Of a stretch of 64,000 nt of DNA, positions 37,746 to 49,611 are shown piece by piece. A program made the position numbers and the translations under genes. Where the stretch lies: assembly GCA_026770705.1 (NCBI GenBank), contig JANJGN010000010.1, positions 154,814,001 to 154,878,000 on the forward strand, given 5' to 3'. Source of the DNA: Isurus oxyrinchus (lineage: Eukaryota). Numbering within the stretch: the first letter of the stretch is position 1; each line of letters opens with the position of its first letter. The notes under the pieces were generated by a model. That model searched no databases. It saw nothing but the letters and a program-made list of their open reading frames with translations, and had not been told where the DNA came from.

Positions 37746-38264
37746 ACTAAAATGACACCTACTGGAGGAAAAGTGCAGAGTTAAATGCAGAAGACAACAA
37801 CTTATCCTCCAGTCAGGCAAGGTCATGTGAATGCAGACAGGTGATCAGGTAAAATAGCTCCAGGAGGATTGATGGGAAGAGACAATTTAGTAAAATTAAG
37901 ATAGAAATAAATATACTTAAATCAAGGTGCACCAGTGAGGGTCTACATTTTGTTTTCCTGGGGACACTTAAGACAAAATGTTGGAATTTTTTTTGGAGGG
38001 CAGGGAGAAGATTTTGCTCTTTTAAAGAACCAACACAGGCACGATGGACTGTGGCCTTTTCCTGTGCTGTATGACTCATTGCAATAGTATCCAGGGATGT
38101 TTACTGAGTTCCATAGTAGACAAATATGGTTTTGATTTGCTCCACATACCATAGGTCACTATGCATAAGTCGAACAGGCGTATAAGGCAACTCCATTTCC
38201 TCCAAAATGCATGTTTAGACCTATCTTTGGCACAAAAGTCAACGCTACATTTTCCACACAATAA

Positions 38265-38988
38265 ATAAATATTTAGGGCTATAATCACATTGGGAGTCGG
38301 CCTCGATTTTTCAGCTCAGAACAACATATTTAGGGTTATACTCGCCTTATGAAGTTGGTGCATGGGATCAAGCAGGTGCTATGGCCTGTGAAGATGCACA
38401 GGATTTTAAGGTCATGTTCATGCTCAATGGAATAGGTAGAGGGTTGACTGAGAAATAACCTTAAAGAATGGAAATATGCACGCTTCCCTGCTTGATATTT
38501 TGTGTGGTGTCATCGTGAAATTGTGGGAAGCTATTAATGCAAGAATTGTCATCAGATTGTTCATAAAATGCAGAATATATAATTAAATGAATGGAGAGGA
38601 AGATGGTTTATTGTAGTGGGATAATTATAAAACTGGAAGTATCACATCTGATCCAGTGTGGGATTCTTATGATGATGCCATAGCCAAAGTGACTCCGGGT
38701 GAATCTGATTAACTTTTTGCATCAAATGCCGAGGATGATGAATTTGATGGTTTTTAAAACGTTTAAAATGATTCAAGTTCAAATTAACCTCATGGAATTA
38801 TTTCATTAAATAAAACATGACAGGTTGATTTAATTTGAATTACTAGTTTTTTTTTTACATAAATGGTGACCACCTACACCAACACTGGCAATTCACACTT
38901 TATACTCAGTACTTAAGTTTTTTTAAGCTGTTTTTTGAAGGATTTTTTGAAGCTTCCCAGATTGACTTATACACTATGATGTACGGTA
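38265..38988 (+). mobile_element. pogo/Tigger-like DNA transposon remnant
   Basis: Degenerate transposase C-terminus (…LWEAINARIVIRLFIKCRI-N-MNGEEDGLL…, acidic tail EDDEFDGF) and right end gacttatac…tacggta. Confidence 0.6.
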
Positions 38989-40584
38989 CCTAGATTGATA
39001 ATTGAAAGAGTACAGCAACAATTTACATTCGGCTGGCAGCACTGAAGCATGAACCAAAGATGGCACTTAAAAGCCACAACCTGTCTTGGTCTAGACAGGC
39101 AAGGATTTTACTAACACTTAAAACAAGTTCCATATATTCATTGTGGAGGCATGAAAATTAAATTGTTTATTATTTATAGCTAGGCACTAAATTTATGGAG
39201 TAACTTATTAGCGAAACTTGATAAACAACTAGCTAGAGATTTATTTTAAGGCTGGAGCAGCTTAAGCTAGTCCTAAATCAGTCATTTGCATTGCAGGATT
39301 CTATGCACGCTACTGTATTTTGTCTGTATATGTAATTATGTGTAGTCCATTCTTGGCTAATCAAATCAAGCATAATATTTTTGTGTCTTTAAATATAACA
39401 ACTGTGTACCAGCCCTGTGTTAAAAGAAGACATTTGTGACCAAAACTATTTGGCAAAGCTGAAGGCTCCATTAGATCGGCGCCATATGATTTACTCCCCA
39501 AAGAGCAGCAGTGAGCAAAATTAACTATACCTCATAAACTCCAAATGATTGAAATATTTTGGCACATGGACATTCACAACAGACCAACTGATAGAACTGC
39601 GCAGGAAATACTTGTGGCTTTGCACCATCTTATTGTAATCCATGGACTCTCCATCCTGACTGAAATAGGCTATGGCTTCATCACAAAGAATTAGATCGCT
39701 CCAGAAGGGCAACCAGAAGAAAAGCTTACTGAAAAATGAGTTGTTCTCTTTAGAGGGGCCTCCATCTTTCCAGCAGGGAAAAGGAAGAGCCAAAACAGTC
39801 CCAGATCCATTTCTGACGTGATGACATCACTAAGTGACACAATGGCACTTCATTATGCAGTAATATTTGTTAATGTGAACTGAATCACAATATCAAGTGC
39901 ATCATAAACAAGTAAACAAGCCTTACAATTTTACAAAAAAGGTGGCACTTCTTTAAGATGAACAGCTCAGCGAAGCAAAGCCTTATGGCTGTGGGGTTCA
40001 TTGGGAGGAAGTAAGTTGTAGACTGCAGGAAAACAGTCAGGTGGGCAAATCCAGAATTGAGAGATGATGCATTTTGGGGGGAGAGGGGGGGTGATGTTGC
40101 AAATAAGGGAAAAGAATACACAATGGATGGTGGAATACTGACAGCTGTACTGGAGCACAAGGACCTTGAAGCATATGTCCACAGGTCCCTGAAGGTAGGT
40201 CAGCTGGTTAAGAAGGCATATGGGATCAGCCAAAGCATAGATTATAAGAGAAGAAGCAGCAAGAACTGTATTAAACAGTAGTTAGGCCACAGCTAGAGTA
40301 TTGTATACAGTTCTGGTCATATTACAGGAAGGATGTGATCGCATTACAAGGGGTGCAGAGGAGATTTATGAGGATGTTAATAAATTGGAAAATATTGCTA
40401 TGAGGTAAGAGTGGATAAGCTGGTTTTGAAACAGAGGAGACTGAGGCGAGATTTAATTGACACAAAATTATAAAGCAGTCTAGATTAAGTGGATAGAAAG
40501 GACCTATTTCTCTTGTAAAGAGATCGATGACCAGAAGGTATCAATTTTAACTAATCGTTAGAAGGATTAGAGGGGAGTTATTAT

Positions 40585-41063
40585 AGGATCACAAGGAATG
40601 GGAGCAGGAGTAGGCAATTCAGCCCATCGAGCCTGCTCCGCAATTCCATAAGATCATGGATGATCTGATTGTGGCCTTAGCTCCAATTTCCTGCCTGCCC
40701 CCTATTACCCTTGACTGTCACGTTGATCAAAAATCTGCCTAACTCATCCTTGAATATATTCAATGACACAGCCTCCACTGCACTATGTAGAAGAGAATTT
40801 CAAAGACTAACGATTCTCAGAAGGGATTCCTCCTTGTCTATCTCTTGAACAGGAGATCCCTTATTTTTAAACCGTGTTCCCTAGTTCTAGATTTCCTCAT
40901 GAGGGGAAACATCCTCTCAACATCCACCCTGTCAAGCCCCCTCAGAATTTTCTATGTTTCAACTCATTCTTCTAAATTCCAATGAGTATAGGCCCAACCT
41001 GCTCAACCTTTACTCATAAGACAACCCTTTCATCCCAGGAATCAACCTAGTGAACCTTCTCTG
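40585..41063 (-). mobile_element. CR1 3' end, interrupted by Penelope copy B
   Basis: Matches 11300-11780 in layout. Confidence 0.85.
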
Positions 41064-41120
41064 AAACAGAATTATCTGGAAAAACTCAGCAGGTCTGGCA
41101 GCATCGGCGGAGAAGAAAAG

Positions 41121-41159
41121 AGTTGACGTTTCGAGTCCTCATGACCCTTCGACAGAACT
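41121..41159 (-). ncRNA. Minimal hammerhead-like motif (CUGUCGA core)
   Basis: Reverse complement is AGTT-CTGTCGA-A-GGGTC-ATGAG-GACTC-GAAA-CGTC-AACT. Confidence 0.7.
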
Positions 41160-42919
41160 TGAGTTAGAGTCGAAGAAAGAGTTGAAATATAAGCTGGTTT
41201 AAGGTGTGTGTGTGTTGGGTGGGGGGGGGGGGGGGGGGGGGGGGGGGGGGCGGAGAGAGAGAGAGAGGTGGGAGGGGGTGTGGTTGTACGGACAAACAAG
41301 CAGTGATAGAAGCAGATCATCAAAAAATGTCAACAACAATAGTACAAAAGAACACATAGGTGTTAAAGTTGGTGATATTATCTAAACAAATGTGCTGATT
41401 AAGAATGGATGGTAGGGCACTCAAGGTATAGCTCTAGTGGGGGTGTTTTTTTTAAATAATGGAAATAGGTGGGAAAAGGAAAATCTTTATAATTTATTGG
41501 AAAAAAAAAGGAAGGGGGAAACAAAAAGGGGGTGGGGATGGGGGAGGGAGCTCACGACCTAAAGTTGTTGAATTCAATATTCAGTCCGGAAGGCTGTAAA
41601 GTGCCTAGTCTGAAGATGAGGTGTTGTTCCTCCAGTTTGCGTTGGGCTTCACTGGAACAATGCAGCAAGCCAAGGACAGACATGTGGGCAAGAGAGCAGG
41701 GTGGAGTGGTAAAATGGCAAGCGACAGGGAGGTTTGGGTCATTCTTGCGGACAGACCGCAGGTGTTCTGCAAAGCAGTCGCCCAGTTTATGTTTGGTACG
41801 TTTGTTGACAGGGCCCTCAACCGTGTCCGGCCCATCTCCCGCGCATCCGCCCTCACGCCTTCTCCTCCCTCCCAGAAACATGATAGGGTCCCCCTTGTCC
41901 TCACTTATCACCCCACCAGCCTCCGCATTCAAAGGATCATCCTCTGACATTTCTGCCAACTCCAACATGATGCCACCACCAAACACATCTTCCCTTCACC
42001 CCCCCTATCGGCATTCCGTAGGGATCACTTCCTCCGGGACACCCTGGTCCACTCCTCCATCACCACCTACTCCTCAACCCCCTCCTATGGCACCACCCCA
42101 TGCCCACGCAAAAGATGCAACACCTGCCCCTTCACTTCCTCTCTCCTCACCGTCCAAGGACCCAAACACTCCTTTCAAGTGAAGCAGCATTTCACTTGCA
42201 TTTCCCCCAACTTAGTCTACTGCATTCGTTGCTCCCAATGTGGTCTCCTCTACATTGGAGAGACCAAACGTAAACTGGGCGACCGCTTTGCAGAACACCT
42301 GCGGTCTGTCCGCAAGAATGACCCAAACCTCCCTGTCGCTTGCCATTTTAACACTCCACCCTGCTCTCTTGCCCACATGTCTGTCCTTGGCTTGCTGCAT
42401 TGTTCCAGTGAAACCCAACGCAAACCGGAGGAACAACACCTCATCTTCCGACTAGGCACTTTACAGCCTTCCGGACTGAATACTGAATTCAACAACTTTA
42501 GGTCGTGAGCTCCCTCCCCCATCCCACCCCCTTTCTGTTTCCCCCTTCCTTTTTTTTTCCAATGAATTATAAAGATTTTCCTTTTCCCACCTATTTCCAT
42601 TTTTTTAAAAAAAATTCTTTTTTTTTAAATTTTAAAAAAATCTTTTATGCTCTCCCCACCCCCACTAGAGCGCCTTGAGTGCCCTACCATCCATTCTTAA
42701 TTAGCACATTCGTTTAGATAATATCACCAACTTTAACTTTAACACCTATGTGTTCTTTTGTACTATTGTTGTTGACATCTTTTGATGATCTGCTTCTTTC
42801 ACTGCTTGTTTGTCCCTACAATCACACCCCCACTCCACTTCTCTCTCTCTCTCTCTCCGCCCCCCACACACACACCTTAAACCAGCTTATATTTCAACTC
42901 TTTCTTGGACTCGAACTCA

Positions 42920-42958
42920 AGTTCTGTCGAAGGGTCATGAGGACTCGAAACGTCAACT
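42920..42958 (+). ncRNA. Minimal hammerhead-like motif (CUGUCGA core)
   Basis: AGTT-CTGTCGA-A-GGGTC-ATGAG-GACTC-GAAA-CGTC-AACT. Confidence 0.7.
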
Positions 42959-43055
42959 CTTTTCTTCTCCGCCCATCCTGCCAGACCTGCTGAGTTTTTC
43001 CAGGTAATTCTGTTTTTGTTTTGGATTTCCAGCATCTGCAGTTTTTTTGTTTTTA

Positions 43056-43890
43056 TCCTGAGTCTTTTACTGTTCCTGATGGTCACGCATTCCCTTTCTG
43101 CCTGTGTAATCTTCTGCAGTATGACCACCTTGCTAAACGTGCTATCCATGACTTGCTCAGCATCATGGATACTCCACAATGAGTCCACCCGCAGCTCCAG
43201 CTCCGAAATCTGGTTAGCTAGAAGCTGCATTTGAATACACCTTCCGCCCACATGGTCAACAGGGGCGCTGGAAGCGTCCCTCATTTCCACATCCTGCAAG
43301 AGGAGCATACCATGGGTCTGAGATCTCCTGCCATGACATCCCTCTCGATTAAGCTGGTTACTCCCTTAAGAAATACGCTAGCTCGGGGCCTTATTTATGT
43401 CAGCTAGGAACCTTGTTTCTTGACTAATTATACTTGTACAGTACTACTCTATACTTTTTTTTAGCTCCTACCTCAGTATTAAGCAATTAATAACTTTAAT
43501 AAATTGAAAAATACTCACCAGGATTTACTCATTAATCAGCTGCTTTTTTTTTATCCACTTTTAGAAGAGTGTCCCTCACAGGTCTGGTGCATTCCTGAAG
43601 GTACTGCCTCTCTTTTTTATTGGTTTGAGAAGGGAGGTAGGGATGGAAACATTACAGCAATACAATGTTTGGGGCTAGTCCGTTTGTTGACAGTGGGTCC
43701 TCCTCGATCCCCTTCTGAGTTGCGGTGTCTGCAGTGACTTCTCCCAGAATGCTTCCATCACTTCTCACTACCGCCCTCTGTTGGATGCTCTTCCTCTTGT
43801 TGAGTGCAAGAGTCCTTTCTCCTCGATCCCGAGTCGCGGTGTCTACGGTGACTTCTCCCAGAATGCTTCAGTCACTTCTCACTAACGCCC
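43056..43890 (-). mobile_element. CR1 5' portion (probable 5' UTR and ORF1 N-terminus)
   Basis: DHVGGRCIQMQLLANQISELELRVDSLWSIHDAE resembles the CR1 ORF1 zinc finger/leucine zipper. Imperfect ~75-bp direct repeat at ~43700-43778 and ~43820-43892. Confidence 0.65.
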
Positions 43891-44850
43891 TCAGTATCCT
43901 CCTCAGAACTTGCACTTCTCTGCCCTTTGTTTCCTCATCAAATTTGGCTACAATGCAGTTGGTCCCTTCATCCAAGTCATTCATATAGATCTTAAATAGT
44001 TGAGGCCCTGATCCCACTGATCCCTGAAGCAAATCTACTAGATACAGTTTGCCAATCCAAAGACGGCCCATTTATCTTGACTCTCTTTTTCCCGTTAGTT
44101 AGCCAATCCTATATCCATGCTAATATGTTACCAACACAATGAGCTCTTATCTTATGCAGTAACCTCTCACGTGGCACCTAACTAAATGTCTTTTGGAAAT
44201 CCAAATACATGACATCTATTGGTATCCCTTTATCCATTTGACTTGTTATATACTCAAAGAACTTTAATAAATTTGTCAAACATGATTTCCCTGTCTCAAA
44301 GCTATGTTGAATCTGCCTGATTGCAATATGATTTTCTAAAAGCCCTGATACTACCTCCTTAATAATGGATTCCAGCATTTTCCCAATGATAGATATTAGA
44401 CCTATAGATTCCTGCTTTCTGTCTCCCTCCTTTCCTGAACAGAGGTGTTACATTTTCAGCTTTCCAATCAGCTGGGACCTTTCAAGAATCTAGGGAATTT
44501 TGGAAGATTACAACCAATGGCATCCACTTTCTCTGCAGCCACTTCGTTTATGACCCTAGATTGCAGGCCATCAGGTCCAGGGGACTTGTCAACCTTTAAT
44601 CTCATTAGTTTTCCTAGGACTGTTTCTCTAGTGATCATGGTTGTTTTAAGTTCCTCCCTCCCTTTTGCCCTCTGCTTTTCTACTATTCTTGGGATGCATT
44701 TTCTGTCCTCTGCTATGAAAACAGATACAAAATACTTGTTCAAAGTCTCTGCCATTTTCTTGTTTCCCATTATTAATTCCCCAATCTTACCCGCTAAGGA
44801 ACCAATGCTCACTTTAGCTACTCATTTCATTTTTATCTACTTGTAGAAGC
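43890..44850 (-). mobile_element. CR1 ORF2 internal RT fragment
   Basis: LNKYFVSVF…KSPGPDG, KSCLTNLLKFF…YLDFQK, QGSV-GPQLF…AKFD. Confidence 0.88.
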
Positions 44851-45204
44851 TTAGAGAGTTGAAGATAAGCTTTTTTTTCACCAATGGGTGGTAGAGTCTG
44901 GAGCTCAATGCCTGAAAGGGTTCTAGAGCTAGAAACCTTCATTACATTTAAAAAAAACACTTGGACATGCATTTTGAACTGTCAAAACCTACAGCGCTAG
45001 AGTCTTAGGAGGTGCAAAGCGGGATTAGGCTGGATAGCTTTCTCGATTGGCAGAGACATGATAGCCTCCTTCTCTACCTTAAATTTCTATGATTCTGTGA
45101 TCAGCTAGCAACTTATCATCAGGGTACTTATGCAATTGTGAAGTATTTATTTTTAAATTGGTGAAGTGGAAATAATAAATTAGTCAATCATTGCTTGTAC
45201 TCAC

Positions 45205-45287
45205 GTGCTGAAGGTGTCCATTTCTGACATCAGATTAATCCTTTCCACTAGACTTACATCCACCTTCTCTTTGAGTTTCTCTTCAAG
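45205..45287 (-). CDS. VPS53: VPS53 internal exon (83 nt; not in the ORF track)
   Basis: [27 protein letters not shown](T). Acceptor tcctaatttctccaaaag|C, donor AC|gtgagt. Confidence 0.95.
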
Positions 45288-47389
45288 CTTTTGGAGAAAT
45301 TAGGAATGTCAATAACATACAGGCAACAACTTAACTTAGAGAACACATAATGGAAAACATAGCCTCCAAGTTACAAGCGACAACATCACTCCAAGTTTTT
45401 TTGTTTCTATTCTACATATTTTATTCTCTCTCTTCAGTATCTAAGAGACTCCCATCACTGAGCCCTCGATTCCTTATGTCTTTACCTGCTCAATATCTAC
45501 ATAATTTGTAGCGTGCCCAGGAACTGAAGACAGACCGTGTGTTTCAGCTACCATTCATATCACATGTCCTCACATAATCTACCCTGATCTTGGAAGGCAG
45601 TAAACACTGCTACATCTGCCAAACAAATTATACAGTAAATGGCTAAGTCGACGCATTGAAGATTTACAGTAGCTACAGTTGCATTTGCTTCTGTGCAATT
45701 CAATGATAACTAGACGAAGCTCAAAATCTGTGATTTAACATTTTCTTGCTATCCTTTCACTGAATCCTCCATCCTATCCATAACTTTATGAAAGTTTAGA
45801 TAGACTGCTCAGCTGCAAAAGACAAGTCAATGTATGCTTTCAAACCTTGAGTGGGTCAAAGAAAATTTACATATGTTTCCCAACCTCCAATGCAGCTACC
45901 AATTTAATGTATGGTGTAGTGAAACAAAATCCACGTTTGTATTTGAAACAAATCTATTTTAAATGGATACATATTTACAAAACAAAATCTGTTAAAGTAC
46001 ACTGCAACAGTTAAACACTGCATGTAGTTAAGTTGCTTTGCTGTTATGACGAAGCTGGTTATTATCATGTGAAAGGATTCTTTTCACTGCAGATAGTTGA
46101 TATGTGTATTGTGGACTGCACTCGATTATTCTCCATTTGTGGAACAGATTCATTAAACAATTGTACTCCCACACACAGAGCAAAATTTCTACTTATGTAT
46201 AACAATTTACGGCTGAATTAAGATGTAGCTTGTAATGCTTTAACAGAACACAGGCATTAAGTTGGAACAGGACATACTGACTAAATTATCAAGATTATAT
46301 CTTATAACATAAGATGGGCTATTTCCTGAAATGCTTGAAAAATCCATATGGCAGATTAACCCAATCACCAAATCGTGATTTGAAATCTTGAGAAAGTACT
46401 TTTATTTGTTTAAACATGATTATTACAGAAAAAAAACCTTCTACAGTTACAATAATTTTTAACCATTCACCAGTCAATTTAGTTCTTTGGAACATAGGAA
46501 CAAAAGTAGACCATTCGGCCCCTCGAGCCTGTTCACTGCCAATAAATGAGATCATGGCTGATCTCTGCCTTAACTCAGTCCACTTGCCTTGGCTGTGTGT
46601 CCTATTATACCACTGGCAAGCAAAAAAATTGATCAAGCTCAGATTTAAAATTATTGATTGAGCTAGGCATCTACCGGTTTTTGTGGGACAGAGCTGTACA
46701 CACTTGGGATATTTGATTTAAAAGCCAAATATTGATGTAAGGTAGGCTGGCACGACAGTGTGTTACTGAGGAAAGGCTGCATTTTCAGTAGTGCCATTCT
46801 AAAGAGGAGACATTAAGCCAGTCCTGTCCAATATTTTTGCGTAGGGAGGCCACATTTCCATTTTTTTCGCATTCAAGGGACCCATGAGCAAATTTCAGAA
46901 AGATACATGAACTTCAAAAAAAAGTTGAGTATGAAAAGAAACAACCTGCTGAGCAAAATTAAAACAATGTCAAAGTAATAAACTCATAATATTTTTAAAA
47001 AGAGTAATTCATGAAGATGACTTTTAAGATTGTGAGAAGGTGCATGTGTGGGTATCCGGCTCACTCCCACGCTCAGGATTCTCATTCGCCCTCATCCTCA
47101 CACACCAACAGATATTCACACCCATTCACACACTGGGTGAGTCTCAGGGTGCTCACTCATTTTCCCACTGTGTAAATATCTGTTGGTGCATGGGGATGAG
47201 GGCGAGTGAAAATCCTCAGCATAGGAGTGAGCCAGACGGGCGCTCTCACTCTCTCCCTCCTTCCCGCGCATCCTCACGCCATCCCTCCTTCCCCCCCGTG
47301 CACGCACTCGCCTTCTCTCTCCCTACATGTGCGAGGGGAGGGAGGGCGAGCGAGCGAGAGGGAGAACGAGTGAGCACTCACACGCACGC

Positions 47390-47470
47390 ATGAGAGAGAG
47401 AGGGGGAGAGAGAGAGAGAGAGGGAGGGAGGGAGGGAGGGAGGGAAAGAGAGGGAAAGAGAGAGCGCGCA
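47390..47470. repeat. (GA)n/(GGGA)n microsatellite
   Basis: Directly visible purine-rich simple repeat. Confidence 0.9.
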
Positions 47471-48938
47471 TATGTGTGTGTGCGGGAGAGGTAGGAGAGA
47501 GAAATCGAGCAAGCAGGCGCGCTCTCTCTCTCTGTCTGGAGTAGGTTATGTTGTAGTCAGATAGTCTGGCTTATTTTACAGTGCATAATATATTTGAGAC
47601 GCCCTCCTTAATGTATCATTTTTATTTTATAATAAAAATAGCTGAATTCCTGCCCAAAAATGGTAAAATTGATCATAATTATTTTTGATGGTGCAATTTT
47701 AAAGCTAGTATTGATGATGAGGAGGCTGCTTAAGGGACATACATAAAACTCGTTATCCAGCGGGAAATCAGAGCTGCCAAGAGCACAACCAATATCTTGC
47801 CACAGTTTAATGAACATGTTAAATCAAAACAAACAGCGGATGCAAGCTCAAAAATCACACAGCCTGTCATAATTGCTTGCAATTTCCCTTTTGTGTAGGA
47901 TTCATGGTAATGCATTGAAAATGGGTTTATTTTGAGACTGAGGCCCTTGATTTGTGTGTGCATGTGTACACATACCATACTCCTCCCTTGCCAGGAATCA
48001 AGGAGCTGAAAAAGCATACAAAGCTGAAGCAGTGTTTGTTTTCACTGCTCGAAGACAGCCAGTCCTCAGTGACAACTTCAAAATTCATTGGAAATCAAGA
48101 CTGCCAACTCAACAGGGACAAAAACTGTAGGGTGCAGTGGGTTCAGGAAAGGTTTCCCAGCAACACAAGGGAAAGAAAATGCAGTCTATTCCTGATAATT
48201 CAAAACCAATTTTTGCTTTCAAATAAGTTATCAAATCATTTCATTTCAGCAAGTTTGAACTAAGAGTAGACGACACTATCAAATGAAAAAGACTGACTGA
48301 TGGCATTAAAACATCTGTGAAAGCTCTAGCCTGAATAATCTCTACACAAGGTGGGTACTTTTCATGAGATCTGGCACCAGCATCATCCTATAAATTACTT
48401 AACAGGAATTATATCGTCCATTGGCTAAGGAAGAGAAATTCTAACAGTTTTTAAATAAGGTGAGATGCTCAACTTCACAGTTAGAAAAGTGAGAGAATGA
48501 ACCATTGTAGCAGTGACATGGAACACTAGAAAACATGGAGACCTCGATAACATTTTCATATGTTTTAATGTTTGCTGATGACATACACCACAATGCAACC
48601 ATAAAACTACAGGAGCATTTATAAAATCTGGATTATTACATGAAATACCTAGGCCACAGACTACTGTAAAGCTGGAAGCATTTTGCCAGTCTCTATCCAG
48701 CTCCTAGTGGTACAACCCATGGCAGAAAAGCAGTCCCAGAGTCTCCTGTGATGACTGAGCTAGTTTAGCAATGAGTACCTGAGTCACATAGATCAGGAAG
48801 GTTCCCAATCCTAGTTCAATTAACAGAGCTCAAAGAGATATATTAAACTGTGTTAGCTGCAGGGAATCCTGCAATTTCCTTCAATCTCCCCTGTGGAAAG
48901 TCAACTGGAATTCCCGATTACGATCCATCAAAGCTCAC

Positions 48939-49611
48939 AGACTGGATTATCGGGGGTCTTTGTTCGCTGCCCTGGCGCCCTGGCTGGGGATGGGGGTGCC
49001 TGCCCCAGCCAGGCCAACTGTCCTGATTGACCATTAATTGGCTTGAGGCAGGACTTCTGTCTGCCGGCAATAGGACTCCTGCCTCAGAGAGCTATGGACC
49101 AGAGGCCATCAGCTCCCCTGTACCAGCAGTGCCACCGTGAGCTGTGACCACTGCTGGTATTGCAGCAAGGCCTGTACTGGAGCCAGGACCAGAGGCAAGT
49201 CTGGGGGTCCCACCAAGGCCAGGCTGGCAGGGTGCCAGGATAGAAAGGCAAGGCGGGAAGGGTAATCTGGTGGGTGGGGTACACCTTGGGGGTGGCCCTC
49301 CGATGGGCCCAGGGGTCCCCTGTCCGCCACCAGCCCACGCATTGAAAGCTGCCAGACTGGACACAGCGTAAGCCTCTCCAGATGCTGGTTAAATCCCAGG
49401 TGGGTGTTGCTTGGCCACTTAAAGGTCTCAACTGGCCCACAGATGTTTAGGTCGCCACATGTGCCCCCCTGTCCCCATCTCCTACCCCACTGCTGGTAAA
49501 ATTGTGGAAAGGGCAGGACAGATAGACAGCGAACATGGTACCCACTGGATATTACTTGCCCCCCCACCCCACATTTAAACCCTCAGGCAGGGGAACGTTA
49601 AATGCAGTCCC
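48939..49611. mobile_element. GC-rich Harbinger-type MITE
   Basis: Termini agactggattat / rc gggactgcattta resemble the GGGC(T/G)GGATTT TIR type seen at 15245. It sits in an old SINE; TSD not resolved. Confidence 0.5.

Larger units (their letters stand above)
41064..43055 (+). mobile_element. Penelope-like element copy B: inverted 3' arm (41064-41797) plus truncated sense copy (41804-43055)
   Basis: GIY-YIG ORF 42179-42508 (NLVYCIRC…YIGETKRKLGDRFAEH…GLN) is mirrored by 41552-41797 on the minus strand. Arms are 41064-41797 and 42263-43015. Confidence 0.93.
40040..45098 (+). mobile_element. CR1 3' fragment split by a nested insertion block (pieces ~40040-40579 and ~44851-45098)
   Basis: Sequence breaks at ttagaggggagtt (40567-79) and resumes at ttagagagtt (44851-60). 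Joined, it is colinear with the intact copy at 9230-9790. Confidence 0.75.

Noticed and set aside
41218-41250. Long poly-G run as a functional G-quadruplex
   Set aside because: It is an expanded homopolymer within the Penelope UTR (short in the sister arm), and its length may be a sequencing artefact.
45288-45310. Weak AAG acceptor with a close branch point as a U12 intron
   Set aside because: The matching donor is gtgagc (U2 type), and tcctaat fits the U2 branch consensus.
46820-47580. Possible hAT-type MITE starting cagtcctgtccaa
   Set aside because: No matching right TIR or TSD could be found.
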